64,000 nt of DNA. Origin: Antedon mediterranea (taxonomy: Eukaryota; Animalia; Echinodermata). A program made the translations under genes and the position numbers. Shown here one piece after another: positions 53,421 through 64,000 of this stretch (its first letter is position 1; each line of letters starts with the position of its first letter). Below the pieces are notes generated by a model. It searched no databases and was not told where the DNA came from. It saw nothing but the letters and a program-made list of their open reading frames with translations. The DNA lies in assembly GCF_964355755.1 (NCBI RefSeq), contig NC_092670.1:17966795-18030794 (forward strand), read 5' to 3'.

Positions 53421-53690
53421 TTACATCAACGATACGTGATCACATCAACGATACGTGATCACATCAACGATACGTGATCACATCGATGTTACGTGATCAC
53501 ATCGGCGGTACGTGATCGCATCGACGGTACGTGATCGCATCGACGTTACGTGATCGCATCGACGTTACGTAATCGCATCAACATTACGTAATCACATCAA
53601 CGTTACGTAATCACATCAACGATACGTAATCACACTTACGATACGTGATCACATTAATGTTACGTAATCACACCGACGTTCAACATTACG
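53421..53690. repeat. 19-bp CpG-rich minisatellite starting immediately after the sulfotransferase stop codon
   Basis: Unit acatcaacgatacgtgatc and variants, ~14 copies. Confidence 0.93.
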
Positions 53691-53894
53691 GTTTCTCTAT
53701 GAGAGAAGCAGACCGTAAACACACTACTACAATGGTTTAAAAAAGTCAACTGCTTTAATACAATGTACATTGGACTATTCTGTATCAGCATTGTATGTGG
53801 CGGTGTCAACAAGAATCTTAAACATAAATTAAAAACTGCCCAAAACAAGATTATATGTTAACGTTTTACGGTTAAAAAAATCTTTTATTTTAAA

Positions 53895-54113
53895 TATATT
53901 TTATTTCATACCCTAATTCCATCCAAGCGAGCAATTCGCCAATTACAGGATGGATAAACTATTTTATAATTTACTGTGCTTATAAAGTCTCCTTTGAGGC
54001 TTAGGGAGTGGAGTTAAAAGAGTCATGAGTTACAACCCTAGCACTAGGTCAGGGATTGAACCCTGGAATTTGAGATTGGCAGGCAAGCACTTTAACCACC
54101 AATCTACAGCTCC
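53895..54113 (-). mobile_element. tRNA-derived SINE
   Basis: Minus strand reads GGAGCTGTAGATTGGTGGTTAAAG (A box) ... GGGTTCAATCCC (B box), with an A-rich 3' end. Confidence 0.65.
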
Positions 54114-55759
54114 ACTACGGTACCGTACTACTATTTGTATTTTTGTCAGAAGAAATAAAGATATTTTTAACAAGATATATTTTTATGTCTTTTGTACATG
54201 AATGAATTGCATTTCAGCATTTAAAATTTGTTGAATAAGTGAGCCGAAACACAATGGACAGACACCGCCATTAAACTAACGTGATTTATAATCTTTTGAG
54301 TCATCACAAACCAGATTTCTACTAAAACGGAATGACGTCAAACATTAAAAAGACACGATAAATTAATACAATTTACACAGCAATTAATTCTATAATATGT
54401 GCACGGCATTTTAGTCACCTTAGGAACACACCATTAAAGCCAACACATTTTAACTTTACAGTAACATGCGCTAATCTGAAATGTTTAAAATGACCACAAT
54501 AAAAATGACGGCGCTATTCAACAAAGGAAAGTCCATAACAGGATTTAATTTAATTTATTTTTAATTCGTAAGTATTGAAGCTCAGATCTTACAACGGCTA
54601 ACGCCAACAAAATATAACTTTACGACCGGTAATACAAATAAGAATATATGTTATTTCTTATAATTATTTCACACACAACGCGGAACGGACGGGCGGTTTC
54701 CGCTCAGGATAGATACAGATTCTACATGGGACAAGTTACGAAGTTTTCCGCTTATCGTTTACCGCTTCTGTGCAAATAATAGTAGGCCTATATATCAAGT
54801 TTTTTTGTAACACAACGAAAGAGCATTACGTCTTTTGGGATAAGTCAGCATATTGCAAGGTAATATAAGCCCTATCTTCAAAGCGCCTCAAAGAAAACAA
54901 TTACTCCAATTCTTAAAACAATGAGTGATGTAATATAGTGTTATACATTTCGTATGGACTGAAGGGAGAAAGTAGGCCCACGGTATAACTTAACTAGACC
55001 AGACTGAGCTTGCAAAGAAGCATGTTCTACCGTACTTAGGCTCATATTAGGATTGCCAGTAACGAATATTATCACTGTCCCAATTATAGATGACAATCCA
55101 TTAAAAAACATAATAAACAAATAAGGCCTCAAGATCTATCCAAAGCAATCAACTAAAGTATTCCGAAACAACATAAACCTAAATATACTATAGTATGACG
55201 GTGTAGGTACGTCACTGTATTACATTCTCGTCATTCAATTTGCACAGAAAAGCAGTAAACGGTAAGCAGAAAACGGCATAGCTTGTCCCACGGATACCGC
55301 CCGTCCGTTGTTCCGCGTTGCGTGTAAAAATGATCATACAGAAATAACAGATTCTTATTTGCATTGCCGCTCGTCTGTGTAATTTTCCTCAAAGCTGCGA
55401 CGTCACACCTATTTCGTTTCATGGAACGGAAGAATGTTAAATAATAGAAAATCGTATACAAAATTGAACAAAGAAAGTTAGAATGTCGCTATAGCCTTAA
55501 AAAACAAAAACCTATATAAATACTGATGAAGAAGTCAATCTATCTTTGACAAATGTAATGAACCCGAGACCTGAATTTTTCGACATTTATTTGATAGAAG
55601 TTTTAAATAAAAACAAATTTTGTTTACACTTTTAACATTTTGACACATTGTTGCGTTTTGATTGGACACCTGGTTTAATGACATGCGCACTTTTTCTAAA
55701 TTAATTATCTGATTGGTTAAAAAATTAACCGATCATTTTGTTTTGGCTTCGGAAAGACG

Positions 55760-56120
55760 GCCCTGGTTCACTACATCTTGAACGTAACGCGTAGGCGCAA
55801 CTTAAGTGAGTTGACCTATCACAAACGACATTTTGGACGACACACCGTGTTGTGATTGGTCAAATTACTTGCGGTGGACTTGTAAAGCGTGGTTCTCACT
55901 AGAACGCAACGCAACGTAACGCAGCGACGTTTTGACGCAAAGTGATGTATTGCGTAATCGGAAGTGGGAACCGACGCAACAATGCTGCAAACATTGCAGG
56001 TTTGATTTCACGCAGGCGGGGGCAAACACAATGATTGGAAGAGCATTTTCTTACGTTGCGTAGATTGCGTTACGCTGCGTCGCTAGTGGGAACCACGCTT
56101 TAGTGGGAACCAAGCTTTAG
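55760..56120. mobile_element. MITE family 2, nested pair
   Basis: Inner element agcgtggttctcactag...ctagtgggaaccacgct (55886-56099) sits within the right end of another copy. Confidence 0.75.
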
Positions 56121-56733
56121 TGAGTGAGACGGGCGTTATTCTTTTGGATAGAATTATGGATATCTTTTTAAATCATTTATCATTTATTATTTCAATTTAT
56201 CATTGTTTTCAAATTTAATAGAAGCAGTATGCCTAACGGGAATGATCACATAATACCTCAAGTTACTAATTAATCAAATCTGAACAAAATCTTTCGAATT
56301 GAGGGGTTAAAATATCATCCTCCTACTAGGTTTATTGCTAGCAATTAAGAAACAAATTGCTTGTTATCAATTAATCAATATGACATAAATGCAAATTATA
56401 ATTGTTTACATGTAATCATTGGCTGAACTCAATATCACATAATTTATTTCGCCTTCAAAAACGAGACAGGGTTAATGTAACACAGGCAGACGATAATGAC
56501 AGTTGAAAAGCTATACATGAACACAAATTAAAAATGTATATTCGGGAATAAAAGATTGGGTTTTTTTTCTGTCACTGTCTTACGTATTAATGAATAAATG
56601 TTCTAGGTATCTTGCTAGAAATTAAGGAAATTATACAGTGTTTGCGCCTAGTATTGCAGTACGATATACAATTACGTTGATATGAATGATGGTGCAGTAA
56701 CACATTGGGAATACGAAACATTCATACGTGTTA

Positions 56734-56876
56734 AGCTATCTCTACACTATCAAACTTTATGTGACAAAAAAATGAACATATATGAACACATGACTACCAT
56801 ATTTAGGTATATCACTACCATATTTGGGCACATCACACTTCTTTTGTCAAAATAGTTTGATAGTGTAGACAGAGTT
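56734..56876. mobile_element. MITE family 1 copy
   Basis: Same core and TIRs. Confidence 0.8.
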
Positions 56877-57489
56877 TTATATACAATGCTTTACGATAAA
56901 TAAGAAAATAAATTGTACCGTATACCATAGAAAATTATTTGCGTATACTCTCTATTATACGCACTAATACATGTAAAAGAGCATATTATAATAACACAAC
57001 GATTTGATTACTTAACCTATAATACGATTATGCACGTTCATTAATCGAACGCTTTAGGTGACTAGGGTACATTGAATCGAATTGCTGTATTCGTTAATGA
57101 TCTTGTGCCATGCTCTGCGAGTAGTTTGTGTATGTCACGCTTGCTATGATATCAAATGAGACGCGGGAGATGATAGTACGGCGAAAAGCTCGTCGCGGGG
57201 ATGACATGCGGAAGACGAAGAATAATTGGGCGTTCTCTTGTGGCAAATAAAGTACCAGATTTACCATTTACTTTTTTATTGTGTACAACAAACCTCAGTT
57301 ACCGTTTCCTCTAAGTCATCAAATATGTAAATGCATATTTAACGATCGTCAGTTTACTGGCAAAACAAATTAATGCAGACCATGTGATAAGCAAGCCAAT
57401 AGACGACGATACATCCCATCATCCTCGTACATATCAAGTTTGACGTTGCTGCTGGCTTCAGATTATTTAAAAAGGCATACCAGCAAACG

Positions 57490-57738
57490 ACTTTTGCAGC
57501 ATTATTGCGTTGTCGGTTCCCACAAGGACGTAACGCAACGCAAGTGAATTGACCAATCACAAGCGATGGCTTATTCGCTTGTGATCACTAACTGTCTATA
57601 ACTTCGCTTGTCATTGGTTAAAACGCTTGCGTTGCGTTTACGTCCTTGCGTTACGTTCTAGTGGGAACCAAGCTTTAGCAATACATCACTTTGCGTCAAT
57701 ACGTCGCTGCGTTGCGTTCTAGTGGGAACCGAGCTTTA
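57490..57738. mobile_element. MITE family 2, nested pair (reverse orientation)
   Basis: Two consecutive ctagtgggaacc(a/g)agctttag right ends; the outer part is the reverse complement of the 55886-56000 element. Confidence 0.75.
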
Positions 57739-57766
57739 GCGCGTATTCTATCCACGTCACTAATTA

Positions 57767-58572
57767 AGTGGGGAACCTAATGTAATTCTGTGAGATTTTA
57801 ATGCTCAAGTTGAGTTCTTGGCAGTTTTGGAATCCTTAGGACTAGTATAATTCATTGCATCTGGGGGCCATTTTTTCCCGACCCTATTTTGGCCGCCATC
57901 TTGGATTTCAAAATGGCCCCTATTTTTTACTCAAAACTGATAGTAGGCCCTAGCTTCTATTTTAAACCACGTACGAACGTATAGTGTGACAAATCTTACA
58001 ATATTATGATAAATCAGTCCAATGGTACAATTTATAATAATAGCATATGGCAACCATATTGGATTCCAAGATGGCCGCCATTAAAAACGTATATAATGTA
58101 TGCATTTATATATTTAATCATCAAATTATGGCTGCCATATGATATTATCATAAATTGTACCATGTGAACTGATTTATCATAATATTGTACGATTTGTCAC
58201 ACAAATTACGTTCGTACGTGGTTTAAAATACGAGCTACTATCAGTTTTGAGTAGAATTCATTGCAACTGAGGGCCAATTTTTCTCGACCCTACGTTGGCT
58301 GCCATCTTGAATTTCAAAATGGCCCCCATTTTTACTCAAAACCGATAGTAGCTCCTATTTTAAACCACGTACGAACGTATTGTGTGATAAATCCTACAAT
58401 ATTATGATAAATCAGTCCAATGGTACAATTTATAATAATAGCATATGGCAACCATATTGGATTCCAAGATGGCCGCCAATAAAAACGTATATAATGTATG
58501 CATTTATATATTTAATCATCATAAATATCATATTATATATCGAATTGATATTTGGATATTAGGTTCCCCACT
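57767..58572. mobile_element. Non-autonomous TIR element with internal direct and inverted duplications
   Basis: 15-bp TIRs AGTGGGGAACCTAAT. Internal ~270-bp direct repeats (~57850-58120 and ~58255-58520) are separated by an inverted copy (~58125-58253). Confidence 0.7.
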
Positions 58573-59943
58573 ATAACGATTATCAAAAAAAGATAGAAAA
58601 TAAATCGATAAAACTTGTTTGTCTGCAAAAGTACACACGTGTATGGCGTTTGTGGATATACGCCCCTAGACTTGCCCCAAGTCTGTATTATCTTTTTTTT
58701 TTTATTTATTTGTTTTTATTTCGACCGCGATTTTTGTATCCAAAATCAAGTAGTATACGTATGAAACGCCATATGTGCCAAAATATTTATCTTTTTACTA
58801 ATATTAAGACAAAACTCCGTCTGGAACCCAGACTAATACGCCCCCGGCAGTGTTGAATTCTCATACATTTTTTATGATTTTAAATAAATCAGATTGATCG
58901 AATATGAAAGCAAAATACAAACTGTTAATCAATTAATATGATTGATATTGATATTGTATTAGTAATCAAGTAGAAAACGATTAAATCTCCACCAAAAATC
59001 GTTTACGTTTGTATTGCCATGAATGATTAATTATATTATGTATAAACAAAATATTTTGTGAACTGAACTAAAACGAACTTTATTTTCAGGTCCCTTTCGG
59101 AAACAATTATTTCTGAAATGATCCTTTTAAAAAAATTTAAACTCATATGTATTATCTCACACATAAATTCATAAACTGTATTTTATTATATATTTAATTG
59201 CTATCTTGAAAGACATATAATTGTAAAACAGTTGAGGAGAAAAAAAATCATTTTAGATTTACGAAGCAAAGAATTGTCAATTAATTGTATAGTAATGAAT
59301 GATGTAGTAAAGTTGAGACATTCTCTTTCCAGCAGACTCCTACTTATTAACAATTAGACTTCTAAGATTATAGGAAATATACAGTATATATTAGAAAGAC
59401 TAAACAGCTTAATATTAAAGCAATTGTAATTAAAGGTTCTAGCTATTTGCCATTATTAAGATAGATTCGTCTCCTCATAAAATTACATTTTAATGATGTT
59501 TATGTCTCAGATATTGTTTAGCCGATTTCTTAAATGAAAAAACAGAAAGAAAGTCTAAGTTTAGAGTCAATTAAAACTTGAAGCTTAAAACTGTAATAGT
59601 AAATCAATATTTGTTAATGTTTTCTTCACAAACTAGAACTACATTTCTGCAACCTATAAGGCAGTCAAAATGTATTTCTTTTTAGCATATTTGTTTATAA
59701 TTTTAAATTAAAATTCCTTTTATACACAATTCTATCTTCTATATTGAATATATTTACGTTGCATTTTCATGTTATCGAATTGCTATCAATACTTTACATG
59801 ATTTAATAGAATACTACTGGATAACTAAAGACTAAAATATCTAAACATTTGTATCAAAATGCTTTTTTTAAATGCATGAATCAACCATGCATGAAAATAT
59901 CGTGTAGTATTGTTATGTAAAAATTGATCAAACTCGATTCTAA

Positions 59944-60102
59944 AGCTCTGTCTACACTATCAAATTTATGTGACAAAAAAAGTGATATGCTCATATATGG
60001 ACATAATGATGTCATATCATTACCATATTTAAGCATATCACTACCATATATGGGCACATCACACTTTTTGTCAAACAAGATTGATAGTGTAGACACAGAG
60101 CT
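59944..60102. mobile_element. MITE family 1 (PIF/Harbinger/Tourist-like, ~160 bp), representative copy
   Basis: TIR AGCTCTGTCTACACTATCAAA flanked by TAA...TAA. Other copies at ~2225-2358, 5182-5328, 7250-7410, 8453-8590, 21458-21611, 42974-43098 and 56734-56876. Confidence 0.85.
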
Positions 60103-60290
60103 TAAATGTATGCAGTTCAGAAACAACCGAAATACTATGTCCAGAGACACTATTCCCTGGTGTGTCCAACAAATGGTAGGCTTGTGTGACAAAACTCTAT
60201 TTAGCTGAGCGATCTACTGTTGCCTTAAAGCTTATAAATATGCCAGTAACCAATGGCCATAAAGGAGGGTCAGGAAAGAGAACAGTTCAC

Positions 60291-60458
60291 AGAGGTGAAA
60301 TGCCATCCACATCATGGTACCTGGGAAGGGCAAGAGGTGAAATGCCATCCACATCATGGTACCTGGGAAGGGCAAGAGGTGAAATGCCATCCACATCATG
60401 GTACCTGGGAAGGGCAAGAGGTGAAATGCCATCCACATCATGGTACCTGGGAAGGGCA
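60291..60458. repeat. 42-bp perfect tandem repeat, 4 copies
   Basis: agaggtgaaatgccatccacatcatggtacctgggaagggca x4. Confidence 0.97.
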
Positions 60459-60942
60459 AGTAAGATTTGTGGATGCACCAAAGTAAAAGTAGAGACATAT
60501 CATCCAACAAAATAATTAGCTTTTTTTAAAAAACTCTCTCTCTCTCTCTATATAACAGGAGGGCGTGCTAAAAAAACTCTAGGCTCAGATCCAACCCAAC
60601 CATTATGGTTACCGGTTCCAGTATGTAACTATTCCAATTTTGAAATAGGGGAAATGGGGAGAGGGTGTTGAGTGGTGCTGCACTTAACCTAATGTCCCGT
60701 CTTTTGCATTGTAATTTCCAAAATCCTGGATCTGCTTCCTCATGGAAGACAATTACACCAGTGGAAAGGCTGTAAACTAGAGTTGTTCGTAGGTGTGTGA
60801 AATATATTAAAAATCAATCATTATATCATGATCATTCTTCAACCGATAGTAGCGCGTCAATCAAAAAAGAACTTGAGAGAGCAGTAGGAATGTTATCAGT
60901 AGATTTTGGAAATCAAATTTGGAATCATAATCATAATCATCT

Positions 60943-61588
60943 TCAGAAAAGATCCAAAGAAGCTTCTTCCCTTCCGCTATTGTTCAGTATATATGCCATG
61001 ATGTCATCATTATCTAAATTAGAATCCGTGTCTGTAGGCTCTGCAAATAAATCATCATACTTTGATACCTTTAATTTGTTTGTTGTATTACTAATACCAC
61101 TCGTTGCTTCAGGTTTCTCGGTTGATTTTGGTTCGTTACTGTTTAGATTTGATTCGTCTGTTGCTGGTTTGACACTCATACCAGCTTCTACCGCTGGTTC
61201 TGATGATGCCACCGGTTCCGTTGGTACCACCGGCTCTGTTGATAACACTGGTTCTGTTGGTACCACCGGTTCTGTTGCCGGTTTGTTTACCAATTTTGGT
61301 TTACTTGCTATGTTTGGTTTGCTTGCTACACTGGGTTTACTTGCTAAGTTTGGTTTGCTTGCTACAGTTGGTTTGCCTGCTATGTTTGGTTTAGTAGCAA
61401 GTTTTGGTTTAGTTGCTACCGATGGTTTGTTGGCTACAATAGGTTTACTTAGTACTGTTGGTTTATTTTTTAAAACAGGTTTAATTGTTACCTCTGGTAT
61501 TTCTTTACTTGGTACATCTTCAGGTACTTTTGTTTCTACTTTCTTCTTTTCCACACTAAGAAACAAGTTGTCTATGTCATCATCAATG
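60943..61588 (-). CDS. HS1BP3: HCLS1-binding protein 3 (HS1BP3)-like terminal coding exon; remainder lies upstream, probably beyond the window
   Basis: Acceptor ttttttttctag at 61589. The exon reads IDDDIDNLF, then a KPxV/IAxKP Pro-Lys tract, then LDNDDIMAYILNN...SLDLF*, resembling the vertebrate HS1BP3 C-terminus (acidic-DL, KP-rich, DxxDILxYI...LF). Recognised from memory; no search was run. Confidence 0.75.
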
Positions 61589-61859
61589 CTAGAAAAAAAA
61601 GAAAAACCCATCAACATATTAAAGTTGGCCGTCAAGGCTTCTTGTATACTGGGTCTAAGGTGTGGAACAATCTATAGGACGATATAAAGCAATGTAAAAA
61701 TATATCATTATTTAAAAAGAAAGTAGATTGTATTTATATTGAACGTTATCAGTTTATAAAATATTTGTGTCGAGAAGAAAACTGTCTTATTTGCAGAGAA
61801 AAAAAGTAATCATCATTGTGTATTATTATTATTACTTACAATGTTATTAATTATATGTA

Positions 61860-63052
61860 CTAGATGGTACGCTCGCTTCGCTCGCGTACCATCTAGTTCG
61901 TGCCCACAGATGGTTCTCGAATACATAGTAATTTCAGCGTAAAAAAACTGGCGATTTCAAATGTACGTACGGCAGGACTATAAAACATTGTCGTTTACAG
62001 AAACAAATAAATAGACACAATTATTTATGTAGTCAACCAAAATTAGCACCTAGAAACTTGTCACAAAATGAGTCGAAATTTGTTATTTGAACTCATTTAA
62101 GCAAACCCAATTTTGTTAAATTATTCTTTATATTTCTTTATTATCCAATCAGTAACGAAATATTTTTTTTATAGGCCTATAAATAATATACCACTAAATA
62201 GAGTAAAACATTTCCGATTTAATAATTTATTAAAACTGTCACTGTCTCATGGTCGATTGAAATAGTAAAGTACATTTAAAGACCACTAATACGTTTATAT
62301 TTTTGTAATTATTAATTAATACAAACGTTGAGAAACAACTGACAGTAATAAAGTATATTATGTGTTTATAATCTAAAAGTAGGAGCTACCCACACTCACA
62401 GTGATAACGTTTATTAGTATATTTGTTTATATTCTAACAGTACCAACACACTTTTGATTCAAATGGCAATCAAAAGTGGTTAATACCTATTTCCAGTATT
62501 GTATAGCATTACAATACTATTTCTGTTTATTCTCCAAGGGTCTATAAATTTACCTACTTGTGTTAAACCATGGAGGTATGCAATAATTTGGAATGTTCCA
62601 TTCATTGCAAATCAATACATTTCTATAAACGTATATTAAATCTATCAAAATAGTATTTTTTAAAGAAAATCGGCCTGTCTTCAACATTATGATGCTGTAC
62701 TCGAGCTGTTCAACCGGTTTTCAGTCATTAAAAACAGTTATCTTAGGAGGAGATAGGAAAATGCGAAGCATCCTCGTATTATTGTTTGCGGGTATTTTTC
62801 ACAATGGACATGTATTAGACAGTGTATACCACGATCGGAAAACATCCCTATTTGGGGCAAATCGTTGAACCTAAATTCGTTTTAATTGTCAATAACTAAT
62901 TATCTGACTCAATTTAATTAGTAAAAAGGGTTACATCAGGTGGTTAAAATCAGTACCGAAAGTACGAACCAACTTTATATACCATCGAGTAAACATTATA
63001 GAAGTAAGGCGCGATTTACCGAATTTTGCCCTTACGTAAATTTATATATAGA
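61860..63052 (-). mobile_element. Non-autonomous Helitron (~1.19 kb) in an HS1BP3 intron
   Basis: The minus strand begins TCTATATATAAA (63052) and ends CTAG (61860). It is inserted between host A and T with no TSD, and has a 3'-terminal hairpin containing GCGAAGC. Confidence 0.75.
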
Positions 63053-64000
63053 TATATAAGTTAGTATAGTTTCATATTTATTATCTTGCAGTATTATAAA
63101 AAACTGTTTTTAGTAAATTTTCGATTCTTTCATGCATAGGCCTACCATTAAAATAATTTGTTTATATTTTTAAAGGGTGCCACAGTTGTAAAGCTTTGCT
63201 TGATCGTGGTTGCCCTATTCCTTTTCATATTATTGCATTTGTTTTAAAATTGTTAAGTTAAAAATTATGATTTGGAATAAAGTGAAGGAAAAATTCAAAA
63301 AAGAGAGATTAAAGTTTTCCATAGTATGTTATTGAGGCATTCGGAGTCCCAAACCCTTCCTTATGATTGTAAGCCTGTATTAGCACTTATTTCCTGAGAT
63401 GGGCAAGAGCTTAGTTTGATAGCAGTGTTGCAGCAAACTGTTAAAAATAGATCAGGCAAAGATCTTTTACAATTATTAAGGTATACAAGGTGTGTCATGA
63501 GATTGGGAAAGTGGGGGAAGAAGGAAGTGAAACAATTGAAAGTTTTAGGCAACGTGGCCGCATGCTCGCTAAAGCCGTGTAGCATGGAGCCATCAACCTG
63601 CAGTATAATAACCTTCTCACAGCATAGTAGAATCTCAATAGTATTATTTTGAACAAGACAAAATCAGGTCATATTGTGGTATGTTGTAAATATCAAGTAA
63701 ATTTCATGCAAATTATGAGTAACTTGAGGTAACAGACACAACTTACCATTAAAAAACAATGTATAATGACAATATTGAGAATACAGAATTATTTTATAAT
63801 TTTAATGGCGTCATCTGTAAAATTGAGGAACTTAAAATAAAGGTCATAGTGTGTATAATATCAAGCGTCCTCTACTTCTATGGTTTTCTTGTAACGAAAT
63901 TCTTAAATGTGAGTACAATGCATACATTTAATGTAAAACGACAAGCTGAATTTGTTTGTTTTTAACCATGAAGATATAAAAAAGTTTTATTGTGCAAATC

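Noticed and set aside
60186-60515. Four overlapping ORFs with 14-aa repeats
   Set aside because: A by-product of a 42-bp repeat that is stop-free in several frames; no other coding evidence.
60797-61687. 296-aa hydrophobic + strand ORF
   Set aside because: Antisense shadow of the repetitive HS1BP3 exon.

Overview
Eukaryotic, AT-rich, intron-containing animal genomic DNA. It is most likely an echinoderm, possibly a crinoid; this is inferred from the T-brain sequence and gene content, not proven. Six protein-coding loci were reconstructed from GT-AG exons with consistent phases. (1) ALDH8A1-like aldehyde dehydrogenase (-): 8 exons found, the conserved last exon was not found in the window. (2) Otopetrin proton channel (+) with two apparent alternative first coding exons. 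(3) Single-exon LRR-Ig type I membrane protein (-). (4) T-brain/Eomes T-box factor (+), whose last ~48 codons, stop codon and proximal 3'UTR are amplified 6x in tandem. (5) Golgi carbohydrate sulfotransferase, CHST11-like (+). (6) Terminal exon of HS1BP3 (-). Non-coding DNA is dense with transposon relics: two Harbinger-type MITE families that nest in each other, a Tc1/mariner-pogo type element, a Mutator-like element with a 9-bp TSD carrying LINE fragments, a non-autonomous Helitron, LINE and SINE relics, Penelope-like relics with degenerate hammerhead-ribozyme cores, and many minisatellites. The most unusual signals are a highly enriched TAGGCCTA motif that replaces a single TA in some repeat copies (footprint-like), the T-brain stop-region array, and the hammerhead relics. 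No CRISPR array, rRNA or functional tRNA was seen.
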